Positions 1 to 8,707 of a stretch of DNA of 64,000 bases are shown here, in pieces. The stretch's first letter is position 1. The number at the start of each line of letters is the position of its first letter. The notes under the pieces were generated by a model. That model was not told the origin of the DNA and searched no databases. It saw only the letters and a program-made list of their open reading frames with translations. Source of the DNA: a virus; IMG/VR virus record IMGVR_UViG_3300018495_000106; one strand, 5' to 3'. Made by a program: the position numbers and the translations under genes.

Positions 1-2
1 TC

Positions 3-485
3 AACTTCGATGGTCGCCAGTATATGTTCAAGATGCCTGTTGCTATCAAGGACATTAAGGTTGGCGATATCGTCATCCACAACCGTGTGCCTATGTTCGT
101 AACTTCCACTGAGGGTGGTTCCATCTCTGCTGTGGATGTGCGCGCTGGCGAGGCTAAGACTATCATTCCTACTACCAATATGTTCGGTTTCAACTTCGTT
201 ACCAAGATTGTGTCTATGTTCGACGCCTTCACTGGCGCTCCTACTGCCGACCAGCCTTTCGGTAATATGCTGCCTTTCATTATGATGGGCGAGGGTAAGG
301 ATATCGACCCTATGATGATGTTCTTCCTGATGAATCAGGGCAACGGTAACTTCGATATGAACAATCCTATGATGCTCTACTTCATGATGGGTAAGGATGG
401 CAAGTCTAACGACTGGATGCTGCCTATGATGATGATGAATATGCAGACTGGTAAGCACGAGTGCCACTGCGGCCATCACGACTAA
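3..485 (+). CDS. Met/His-rich protein, C-terminal part (frame open to window start)
   Basis: ORF has no upstream stop in frame before position 24; C-terminal Met-rich runs end in HECHCGHHD; followed by terminator. Confidence 0.5.
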   Translation, partial: NFDGRQYMFKMPVAIKDIKVGDIVIHNRVPMFVTSTEGGSISAVDVRAGEAKTIIPTTNMFGFNFVTKIVSMFDAFTGAPTADQPFGNMLPFIMMGEGKDIDPMMMFFLMNQGNGNFDMNNPMMLYFMMGKDGKSNDWMLPMMMMNMQTGKHECHCGHHD

Positions 486-497
486 TAAATTCCATAA

Positions 498-528
498 GGC
501 TCTCTGACTCGCTTCAGAGAGCCTTTTT
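498..528 (+). terminator. rho-independent terminator
   Basis: 10-bp stem GGCTCTCTGA/TCAGAGAGCC then T5. Confidence 0.7.
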
Positions 529-555
529 GATTTTTTATAAAAAATATGTTATAAT
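527..555 (+). promoter_or_regulatory. consensus promoter (TTGATT-N17-TATAAT)
   Basis: -35/-10 with 17-nt spacer; conserved ATTTATAGAAAG leader. Confidence 0.75.
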
Positions 556-644
556 ATTTATAGAAAGTGATAAAGAAATCAAAATGAGTGCGAGCGGTAC
601 TCAAGGCGTTAAAAGGTAAGCCTACTGGGCACCAAAGAGCTTAT

Positions 645-673
645 TTGATTTTTTTATAAAAATATGTTATAAT
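645..673 (+). promoter_or_regulatory. consensus promoter
   Basis: TTGATT-N17-TATAAT plus ATATATGTAAGATAAAGAAAG. Confidence 0.8.
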
Positions 674-717
674 ATATATGTAAGATAAAGAAAGAACAAT
701 AAAGCGAGGTAGATACT

Positions 718-2319
718 ATGTTATTTAAGGAAGTTTTGGCTGCGGCCGATAAGGAACTGATTGAAGCGTGGATTTCTGACTACGCACTCGACGAAGTAAA
801 CTGTGGCGGCTCCAAAGCCTCCCTTGAGTACATTCTTCGTTATTGGAACTCCAATAAGGCTCGTCTGTTCAAGCTGATGGGCGAAAATCTCATTCTCTCC
901 AAGGACATCACCGTTGTCAAGGAAGCCGGCGATATGGAGCGTGAGATTGGCGAACTGCTCAGCTTCCGTGAGGACGGTCCTTCCATGCGTCCTTTCTATA
1001 TGAATCTGAGCAACTGCGTTGACCGCAACTGGCGTGAAATGGGCGTCAATCGTTGGTGCATCATGGACCTGTTCAGCTCTTACTACCTCGCTCGCAACAG
1101 TTATGAGGGCGACAGCTTCACTGTCAATGTGCCTAATGATGGCAAGCCTATTCAGGTTCAGCGTGGTTGCAAGCCAGTTAAGATTCTCGGCAAGATTGCA
1201 CAGGCGTGGAATGTGGACGGCTTTGAAGAGTTCCGTCTGTGCCACTCTCGTGTATTGAACCAGAAGATGCTGAAAGGCGAACTCTGCATCTCTATCCATC
1301 CTATGGACTATATGACCATGAGCGACAACGATTGCGACTGGGACTCTTGTATGTCTTGGCGTAATACGGGTTGCTATCGCCGTGGTACTGTTGAGATGAT
1401 GAACTCCGAGTGTGTCGTGGTTGCTTATCTCCGTGCTAAGGAAGATATGCGTTTCTACGACAAGTACTGGAACAACAAGAAGTGGCGTCAGCTCTTCATC
1501 GTTCAGCCCGAGTGCGTTGTTGGTGTTAAGGGTTACCCTTACTGCCACGACGGTCTGGCTAACGAGGTTATCAACTGGCTCTGCGCTCTGGCTCAGAAGA
1601 ACCTCGGTTGGGAATACAAGGAGCAGGTTTACACTATGGAACACGAAAACTGGTTCCAGGTGGATGGCGAGAATTGGAAGTTCCAGTTCTGGTGCGACAC
1701 TATGTACAATGACTTCGGCTCTTGCTCTCACCAGATTCGTGTGACTGCTAATCCGGAGAGTGTATATGAGCACAAGTACCAGTTCAACTACTCCGGTCCG
1801 GAAGTATGTATGTACTGCGGCCGTTCCGATGTGGACTTCGATGGTGAAGAGCCTCTGACTTGCAACAGCTGCTCTGACTATGTCTACTGCTGCTGCTGTG
1901 ACAACCGCATCAACCCTGACGATGCAGTCGAAGTTGATGGTAGCTGCTACTGTGACTACTGTTATGACGAGCACGTCGCAGAGTGCCCTGTGTCCGGCAG
2001 GGAACATCACGATTCCAACTTCGTGACTCTGAATGTAATTCCGGACGACTTCCCCGAAGAGAAGCTGAATGACCGTGAGTGTCCTTACTCCGTTCGAGTT
2101 TGTCTGGATGATATCTATGACGACTTTAATGTGAGTGATGAACAGTTCAGCAAGTTCTTCACCATTGACCCTAAAAATCGTGAGTTCCATCGTTATGGTA
2201 GCTTCTGGCGTGAGCTGTACTATGTACGACTTGGGGAGCTGACCGAGAGAGGTCGAGAATTGTTCGACCTCTGTGATGAGGCTGATATGGAATGGTTCCT
2301 AAAGCATCATAAGAACTAA
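718..2319 (+). CDS. Cys-rich protein with C-terminal multi-CxxC zinc-ribbon tail; paralog of 6628-8040
   Basis: RBS GAGGT; shares HP[ML]D[YF]..S.N...W.SC...KKWR.L motif block with the 6628 ORF; promoter at 645. Confidence 0.7.
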   Translation: MLFKEVLAAADKELIEAWISDYALDEVNCGGSKASLEYILRYWNSNKARLFKLMGENLILSKDITVVKEAGDMEREIGELLSFREDGPSMRPFYMNLSNCVDRNWREMGVNRWCIMDLFSSYYLARNSYEGDSFTVNVPNDGKPIQVQRGCKPVKILGKIAQAWNVDGFEEFRLCHSRVLNQKMLKGELCISIHPMDYMTMSDNDCDWDSCMSWRNTGCYRRGTVEMMNSECVVVAYLRAKEDMRFYDKYWNNKKWRQLFIVQPECVVGVKGYPYCHDGLANEVINWLCALAQKNLGWEYKEQVYTMEHENWFQVDGENWKFQFWCDTMYNDFGSCSHQIRVTANPESVYEHKYQFNYSGPEVCMYCGRSDVDFDGEEPLTCNSCSDYVYCCCCDNRINPDDAVEVDGSCYCDYCYDEHVAECPVSGREHHDSNFVTLNVIPDDFPEEKLNDRECPYSVRVCLDDIYDDFNVSDEQFSKFFTIDPKNREFHRYGSFWRELYYVRLGELTERGRELFDLCDEADMEWFLKHHKN

Positions 2320-2348
2320 TTGATTTTTTCAAAAAAAAATGTTATAAT
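2320..2348 (+). promoter_or_regulatory. consensus promoter
   Basis: TTGATT-N17-TATAAT plus conserved leader. Confidence 0.8.
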
Positions 2349-2417
2349 ATATATGTAAGGTAAAGAAAAAACCTTAACTCAAAATCAAAAAAAATTATAG
2401 AAAGAGGTACAAAGACT

Positions 2418-2831
2418 ATGACTAACGCTAAGATTACTAAGAAAGACAAGTTCGCAATGATTCTCGACATTCTCGCCACTTCCGACCATGCAGATGCTGA
2501 TATGCTCACTGAGTTCGTGGGCAACGAGATTGCTCTGCTCGAGAAGAAGGCTGCTAAGGCTAAGGAAGCCGCTGCTAACAAGAAGGCTGAGGCTGACGAG
2601 CTCACTATCGCAGTTGAGAATGTTCTCACTGATGAGTATCAGACTATCGCCGAGGTTACTGCCTGCATCGAGGGCGAAGATGTGACTACTGCTAAGGTTG
2701 CATATCGCTTGAACGCACTCGTTAAGGCTGGTGTGGCTGAAAAGGCTGAGAAGACTATCCCTGGCGGCGAGGGCGTTAAGGCTCGTAAGGTTCAGTCTTA
2801 CAGAATCGCACAGGTTGCTGACGCTGAGTAA
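2418..2831 (+). CDS. hypothetical Ala/Lys/Glu-rich protein
   Basis: RBS AAGAGGT; promoter at 2320; terminator follows. Confidence 0.6.
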   Translation: MTNAKITKKDKFAMILDILATSDHADADMLTEFVGNEIALLEKKAAKAKEAAANKKAEADELTIAVENVLTDEYQTIAEVTACIEGEDVTTAKVAYRLNALVKAGVAEKAEKTIPGGEGVKARKVQSYRIAQVADAE

Positions 2832-2843
2832 GATTGGCGATTT

Positions 2844-2876
2844 GAGGGGACAGGGAAACCTGTTCCCTCTTTTTTA
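2844..2876 (+). terminator. rho-independent terminator
   Basis: GGGGACAGG-GAAA-CCTGTTCCC stem then T6. Confidence 0.7.
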
Positions 2877-2895
2877 ATTGAATAAGGAGGTTATT

Positions 2896-4302
2896 ATGTC
2901 TGGTAAAAAGATGTTTGCATTTTGGCTTGGGTGCATATGCATGTTCTTTACGACATTGTTCCCAAGTTTGGACATTGCGTTCGCTGGGTTAAGTGGCGAT
3001 GCAATTACAATGATTGGCATATTCATTGGTGCTATCATTATGTGGCTTTTTGTGGATGTAGGCTGGCCGAGCTTACTGGTGCTATTTTCATTGACGCAGT
3101 TGACTGATGTGACCATATCGATAGTAATGGCGAATTCATTGGGTAATAATACTATTGCCTTCCTCATTTTCAGTTGCGCGCTGACATATGCGCTCTCCAC
3201 GACTGGACTTTTGAGACGAATCGCATTATGGTTTGTTAATACACCAATAGCAAAGAAATCCCAATGGGCATTTGCGGCAATGTATTTCGTATCCATTTTG
3301 GTAATCGGAAGCTTCATTTCCCCGACCGTTTTATTCGTTTTATTCTTTGCTTTGGCGAAGGAAATTTACGACATTAATGGATTCCAAAAGGGCAACGCAT
3401 ATGCAAAGATGTTAATGATTGGTACGGCTATTATGACTTCAATATCTTGCGCGATGACTCCTATTGCTCACACCTTCCCGCTCATGGCGATTGGCTTTTA
3501 TGAATCTGCGACTGAGGAAGTTATTAACTGGATTGATTATATGCTGATTGGTATTCCAGCTGGATTGTGTGCGGCGGGGGCAACCTTTGGCGCTTTATGG
3601 TTAGGTTTTAGGAAACAAGTGGCTCATGTTCAAGTCGCTGCTTCTGAAAATACGACTAAGATTACTCGAAAAGAGATTGTTGCTTTAATTGTTTTCTTGG
3701 TTGTTGTGGCAATGTGGATGGTCTCTGGTTTATTCCCAGATTGGCTTCCAATATTAAAAACTTGGACCACAACTGTTCCTCCTATGCTGGGCGTCATTGT
3801 TCTTTGTTTGTTTGGCATTTTGAAATTCAATGATGCAATGAAGAATGGCGTGCCTTGGACAGCAATTATTTTGTGTGCATCAACTCTTGCAGTTGGTAAA
3901 TGGTTAACTTCTGCGGACCTCGGCATTACCGCGGCGATTGGCGAGGGTCTTGGAGCAATTATTGGTCAACCTTCAATGTTAGGTTTGATTTTTGCAATAG
4001 TATGCTTCACTGTAGTAATGACTAATTTAATGTCAAATATTGTTACGACTACCGTTTCATATAATTTACTGACACCAATAGTAATTGCAACTGGAGTTAT
4101 TTCGCCTGTTTTGTCTACTATCTTGATTGGTATGTGCGCATCAATGGCTTATGCAACTCCACCAGCTATCGCTCATGTAGCACTTGCGGCAGGGTCTGAA
4201 TATTGTGATTCCAAAGATATGTTGATATATGGTGGTATTGCAACGGTTATTTCGATTGTATTCGTTGTAGGTTTTGGATTCATATTTGGAGGTATTATAT
4301 GA
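2896..4302 (+). CDS. polytopic membrane permease (many predicted TM helices)
   Basis: AAGGAGG RBS 5 nt upstream of ATG 2896; hydrophobic throughout; family not identifiable by eye. Confidence 0.7.
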   Translation: MSGKKMFAFWLGCICMFFTTLFPSLDIAFAGLSGDAITMIGIFIGAIIMWLFVDVGWPSLLVLFSLTQLTDVTISIVMANSLGNNTIAFLIFSCALTYALSTTGLLRRIALWFVNTPIAKKSQWAFAAMYFVSILVIGSFISPTVLFVLFFALAKEIYDINGFQKGNAYAKMLMIGTAIMTSISCAMTPIAHTFPLMAIGFYESATEEVINWIDYMLIGIPAGLCAAGATFGALWLGFRKQVAHVQVAASENTTKITRKEIVALIVFLVVVAMWMVSGLFPDWLPILKTWTTTVPPMLGVIVLCLFGILKFNDAMKNGVPWTAIILCASTLAVGKWLTSADLGITAAIGEGLGAIIGQPSMLGLIFAIVCFTVVMTNLMSNIVTTTVSYNLLTPIVIATGVISPVLSTILIGMCASMAYATPPAIAHVALAAGSEYCDSKDMLIYGGIATVISIVFVVGFGFIFGGII

Positions 4303-4562
4303 TGAAACCAGAAGATGAAGCTATGTTGGACACTTTACGAATGACAATTCAGTTAATTGATACTGATATTTTGCATTTATTGGAGGAGCGCATCGACGCT
4401 GTAAAGCAAGTTGGTGCAATTAAAGAATTATATAATGCTCCTATTTATGTCCCAGAAGTAGAGAAAAGAAAAATTGAAGCTTTGGCTGCGGCCTGTAAGT
4501 ATCCCGGTCTGGTCGAAACAATTTGGCCGGTAATTATGTGTTACGCTCGTAGCGTTGAATAA
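4299..4562 (+). CDS. chorismate mutase (AroQ-type) domain protein
   Basis: LRMTIQLIDTDILHLLEERIDAVKQVG matches AroQ helix-1 pattern; ATGA overlap with permease. Confidence 0.55.
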   Translation: MMKPEDEAMLDTLRMTIQLIDTDILHLLEERIDAVKQVGAIKELYNAPIYVPEVEKRKIEALAAACKYPGLVETIWPVIMCYARSVE

Positions 4563-4569
4563 TATAGAA

Positions 4570-4600
4570 ACCCATCTCAAATTTTGAGATGGGTTTTTTG
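4570..4600 (+). terminator. rho-independent terminator
   Basis: ACCCATCTCAAA/TTTGAGATGGGT stem then T6. Confidence 0.8.
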
Positions 4601-4677
4601 TTTCACAAAGCTGCTCCGGGCGCTGAGGGGCGTGCAAATCGTAAGGCGAGAATAAAATTGCCATTGGGTAATTTTTA

Positions 4678-4706
4678 TTGACTTTCTTACAAAAAAATGG
4701 TACAAT
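4678..4706 (+). promoter_or_regulatory. consensus promoter (TTGACT-N17-TGgTACAAT)
   Basis: extended -10. Confidence 0.7.
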
Positions 4707-4729
4707 ATAAGTAAAAGGAGGAGTTTAAG

Positions 4730-5506
4730 ATGAAATATTGCTTAAATTGCAGACAAGAAAAAGCATATCTCCAAAAGGCAGATGAAATTAAAGTTGAATT
4801 TAGAGATAGAAAGATTATTCCGGATTTAATTGATAATTATCCAGACGCAACAATTATTTTAATGTGTTACTCTGGAGAAGAGATTAACTGGAATGATTGC
4901 GTTCGTTGGAATGTTTTAGCTAAAGGTAATTTTATTATGTGTTTATCTTCTTTTGAAGATGCTAAAGTATGTAAAGAAAAAGAATTAAAGTTTTATATTG
5001 GTTATCCAATTAAAACTTTTTATGAATTGAACGCTTTAAGAGATTTGGGCGTTTGTTATGTGCGCCTGGCCGAACCTTTATTCTTCCAAATGGATGAAGT
5101 TAAGTTGTTTAATATTCCTGTTAGAGCAATTCCAAACATTGCATTTACAGATACCTTTCCTCATCCCGATGGGGTTTGCGGCACATGGATTCGTCCGGAA
5201 GATGTAGATACATATGCTCCATATGTTGAAACAATTGAGTTTGAGGATTGTGATAATCGCAAAGAACAAGCTCTATATAGATTATACGCAGAACAAAAGA
5301 GCTGGCCCGGAGATTTATCAATGGTTATTACAAACTTAGAATATCCAGCTGTGAATCGTATGATTCTTCCAGATATGGCAAGAAGTCGTTTAAATTGCGG
5401 CCAGAAGTGTCAAATGAATAGGCATTGTAAGATATGTTATCGTGCTTTTGATTTGGCTGACCCGGAAAAAATTAGAGACTATATGGAAGCTACCGACCAA
5501 TCTTGA
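4730..5506 (+). CDS. hypothetical protein
   Basis: RBS AAGGAGG; promoter at 4678. Confidence 0.6.
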   Translation: MKYCLNCRQEKAYLQKADEIKVEFRDRKIIPDLIDNYPDATIILMCYSGEEINWNDCVRWNVLAKGNFIMCLSSFEDAKVCKEKELKFYIGYPIKTFYELNALRDLGVCYVRLAEPLFFQMDEVKLFNIPVRAIPNIAFTDTFPHPDGVCGTWIRPEDVDTYAPYVETIEFEDCDNRKEQALYRLYAEQKSWPGDLSMVITNLEYPAVNRMILPDMARSRLNCGQKCQMNRHCKICYRAFDLADPEKIRDYMEATDQS

Positions 5507-5531
5507 TTTTTTATTAAATTTTTGATATAAT
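5503..5531 (+). promoter_or_regulatory. consensus promoter
   Basis: TTGATT-N17-TATAAT. Confidence 0.75.
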
Positions 5532-5569
5532 ATATATATAAGAATATGAAGAGAGGTAGGTTGTTGTGA

Positions 5570-6625
5570 ATGAGAATTTTACGAGAAAATGAATTGAAGA
5601 CTTTTGAACAAATCGTATCTTTAAAGCAACCGGCTTTGAAAAAGGTAATGTCCAATTTCCTCAGAAAGAAGTATAGCAAGGTTATTGAAACCAAGGATTA
5701 TATTGTTGCGGTTGGTGAGATTCCGATTGCTTTGACGGCGCATATGGATACTGTCTTTGACAAGCCAGTTTCTGAAATGTTTTATGATACTCGCAAGAAT
5801 GTAATTTGGAGTCCTGAAGGATTGGGTGCAGATGATAGAGCTGGTGTGTATGCAATTATTCAGATTCTGCGTGCAGGTTACCGTCCTCATGTAATCCTTA
5901 CCACCGATGAAGAAAAAGGTTGTTTGGGTGCTGGAGAACTTGCAAAATTAAGCTGTCCTTTTGAGGATTTGAAGTATGTTATTGAACTGGATAGACGTGG
6001 TACAAATGACTGTGTATTCTATGATTGTGAGAACCCTCAGTTTGTTGATTATGTTGAGCAGTTCGGCTTTACTGAGGCCTATGGTAGCTTTTCTGACATC
6101 TGTGAGTTTTGTCCTGAATGGGGAGTTGCTGGTGTAAATCTGTCTATTGGATACCGTGATGAACACAGTCATCAAGAACTTTTGTTTGTAAGCCCTATGT
6201 TCGCAACAATCGAAAAAGTTAAAAAGATGTTGGACGAGGAAGAAATTCCTTTCTTCAAGTATATTCCCAGTCCCTACGCTTGGAATTGGAAAAACTGGAA
6301 GAAAGATGGGTGGGAAGAAAACTACTACTCTAAAGCGTATGGGTACGGTTGTTACTCCTATCCATATGATGATGAAGTCGTTTGTACGAAGTGTCATAAG
6401 ACCTTCCTCGAAGAAGAAGTATTTCCAGTTAAACTCTTAGATGGTAAGACAGGCTGGTATTGTCCTGACTGTTTAGTTGATAATGTATCTTGGTGTAAAT
6501 ATTGTCAAGAGCCATTTGAGGTTGAACCTGGTACTGATATTAGTCTTGTGGATGTTTGCCCCGACTGCGCAAAGAATCCAAAGCCTAAGTCCGATAAAAA
6601 GAAAAAAGGCAAGGGGAATAAATAA
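5570..6625 (+). CDS. M20/M28-like zinc metallopeptidase with C-terminal zinc-ribbon tail
   Basis: AHMDTVFD, GADDRAGV and TDEEKG motifs; C-terminal CxxC pairs. Confidence 0.55.
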   Translation: MRILRENELKTFEQIVSLKQPALKKVMSNFLRKKYSKVIETKDYIVAVGEIPIALTAHMDTVFDKPVSEMFYDTRKNVIWSPEGLGADDRAGVYAIIQILRAGYRPHVILTTDEEKGCLGAGELAKLSCPFEDLKYVIELDRRGTNDCVFYDCENPQFVDYVEQFGFTEAYGSFSDICEFCPEWGVAGVNLSIGYRDEHSHQELLFVSPMFATIEKVKKMLDEEEIPFFKYIPSPYAWNWKNWKKDGWEENYYSKAYGYGCYSYPYDDEVVCTKCHKTFLEEEVFPVKLLDGKTGWYCPDCLVDNVSWCKYCQEPFEVEPGTDISLVDVCPDCAKNPKPKSDKKKKGKGNK

Positions 6626-6627
6626 AC

Positions 6628-8040
6628 ATGGTTAATATTAAAGAAATCCAAGAGCAATTTAATAAAGTTATTTCACATTCTCAGGGCATTAATGAACCCC
6701 AAACTGACGAGCTTTTTAGCAGATGGCTTGAGGCTAAGAGAGACATTATTGAAGCGATGGATGGGCGTCTTATTTATACCATTCCACAAAAAGTCAGTTT
6801 TGAACTGAGCTATAAAGAGAAAATGAATCGAGTTAATGAGTTTATCGAGTCTGTTTCTATGACTTGGAGAAACAATGATTTGGCTTGTTTCATTGATGAA
6901 AATAAAGACGGTTTTTTCAGTAATGTTGTCGTTGAGAGTTTTACTGCGCCAAGGGGTGAAAAGATTCCGAAGGGCATGAAGCTCGTTAAGGCTTTTAAGT
7001 TCTTTGAAGATGACAAGATTACTTTGGAAGAAATTCAGAATCGTGCAAGTATGATTATCCAAGAGGATAAGGTAGAAGGCTGGTTGTGTTTTTCAGTTCA
7101 TCCTTTGGACTTTTTAAGTACGAGTGAAAACACATACAACTGGCGCTCTTGTCATGCGCTTGATGGCGAATATCGTTGCGGCAATTTATCTTATATGATG
7201 GATAAGTCTACTGTTATTTGTTACTTAAAGAGTGACAAAGACGATAACCATTTGCCGAATTTCCCAAGTGATGTTCCTTGGAACTCTAAGAAATGGAGAA
7301 TGTTATTGTTCCTTAGCGATGCTTGGAATGCAATGTTTGCGGGCAGGCAATATCCATTCTTTAGTGAAACTGCTTTAGAATCAGTATTGTATCACTCTAT
7401 GAATGTGTTTAAGTTCCACGGACAGTGGAGTAAGTGGCATAATGATGAATTGCGCAACTTCAATTTTGCTGGAGATGAGGAACATGAAGATGAGATGTAC
7501 TTCAGGAGTCCATATCTTCCAATTCGAGGGAGATTGTATCCTAAAGAAGAGCTGATTGAAGACTGTGAAAATCCGATGCACTTCAATGATTTGTTGAGAA
7601 GTTCTTGTTATATTCCATATTACTGTTGGAATAAATCATATTTCAGTGGTCATAAAGAGATTCACTTTTTGATTGGTGGCGAAATTCCTTGTTTGCGCTG
7701 CGGCGAATATCCGGTCGCTCAGACAGATGATATGCTTTGTCGAGATTGCGAACTCGAGTATGGGAGTTCTGAAGATGAAGCCTACATCACCTGCTCTTGT
7801 TGTGGACGAAGAATTTTATATGATGATTCTTGGTACGTCGAATCTTCAGGAGAAAATGTTTGTGAAGAATGTGCCAATAGAGAATGTAGAACCTGTGATA
7901 ATTGCGGAGAACTTTATTGGAATAGCGATATAGTGTATGACAAGAAAAATCATGACTATCGTTGTGAGCATTGTCACTCTGATAATGACGATAGACAAGA
8001 AAGGATGCAAGAGTTTTTTAGCTCATTGCTACCGTTCTAA
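6628..8040 (+). CDS. Cys-rich protein with zinc-ribbon tail; paralog of 718-2319
   Basis: shared motif block (HPLDF..SCH...KKWRMLLFL); many CxxC in C-terminus. Confidence 0.7.
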   Translation: MVNIKEIQEQFNKVISHSQGINEPQTDELFSRWLEAKRDIIEAMDGRLIYTIPQKVSFELSYKEKMNRVNEFIESVSMTWRNNDLACFIDENKDGFFSNVVVESFTAPRGEKIPKGMKLVKAFKFFEDDKITLEEIQNRASMIIQEDKVEGWLCFSVHPLDFLSTSENTYNWRSCHALDGEYRCGNLSYMMDKSTVICYLKSDKDDNHLPNFPSDVPWNSKKWRMLLFLSDAWNAMFAGRQYPFFSETALESVLYHSMNVFKFHGQWSKWHNDELRNFNFAGDEEHEDEMYFRSPYLPIRGRLYPKEELIEDCENPMHFNDLLRSSCYIPYYCWNKSYFSGHKEIHFLIGGEIPCLRCGEYPVAQTDDMLCRDCELEYGSSEDEAYITCSCCGRRILYDDSWYVESSGENVCEECANRECRTCDNCGELYWNSDIVYDKKNHDYRCEHCHSDNDDRQERMQEFFSSLLPF

Positions 8041-8207
8041 ATATGGGTATGAAATATATAATTGACGGCTTCAATTATCCTTATAGAGGAATTGAAGCGC
8101 AACGTCAAACTTCATATTGGTTGATTGCGGCGTTCTGGTTTGCCGTTTACTCAGTCAAGTTTGATGGTGTTAATATAATCAAGAGAAAGTAAAAGGAGAA
8201 AGAGCAT

Positions 8208-8528
8208 ATGGCAAAGGGTGCAGAAGCAAAGGCTAATGTAGTCAAGAAAATCCAAGCTGCTTTTGGAGCAGATTTTGTTGGTGAATATGATAAGAAAGTG
8301 TATGTGTGGGCACAAGAGAACGGCGAGAAAATTCAGATTGCTATTTCTATGACCTGTCCTAAAAATCCAGTAGGTGCAGTTAATCCTGCAGCTTTAGATT
8401 TCGGTGGCGACCTTGATTTTGAAAATATGGGTGCGCCGGTTGTTGCACAGACCTCTTTCGAGCCAGCTGAAATTTCCGATGAAGAAAAGCAGACTGTTGC
8501 AGATTTAATGGCGAGACTTGGTCTATAA
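8208..8528 (+). CDS. hypothetical small protein upstream of YcaO
   Basis: RBS AAAGGAG; possible extended -10 promoter upstream. Confidence 0.55.
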   Translation: MAKGAEAKANVVKKIQAAFGADFVGEYDKKVYVWAQENGEKIQIAISMTCPKNPVGAVNPAALDFGGDLDFENMGAPVVAQTSFEPAEISDEEKQTVADLMARLGL

Positions 8529-8549
8529 TTGAAATTTGGACGAAAGATA

Positions 8550-8590
8550 AGAGGTGTGTGAAGGGATTCACATACCTCTTTAATAGTTTT
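8550..8590 (+). terminator. hairpin terminator (13-bp stem, interrupted U-tract)
   Basis: AGAGGTGTGTGAA-GGGA-TTCACATACCTCT. Confidence 0.5.
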
Positions 8591-8655
8591 GGTTAGAAGT
8601 TAACAATTTATCTATAATGAATTTTATAGTATACAGGAGACAATTCAGCTTTGTC

Positions 8656-8684
8656 TTGACTTAACATAAAATTTATGTTATAAT
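8656..8684 (+). promoter_or_regulatory. consensus promoter (TTGACT-N17-TGTTATAAT)
   Basis: upstream of ycaO. Confidence 0.75.
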
Positions 8685-8707
8685 ATAATTAAAAAGGAAG
8701 GAGTTTT

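Noticed and set aside
721-2190. 489-aa minus-strand ORF antisense to the 718-2319 gene
   Set aside because: The plus-strand gene has a promoter and RBS and a paralog at 6628. The genome is transcribed unidirectionally and the antisense ORF has no start context.
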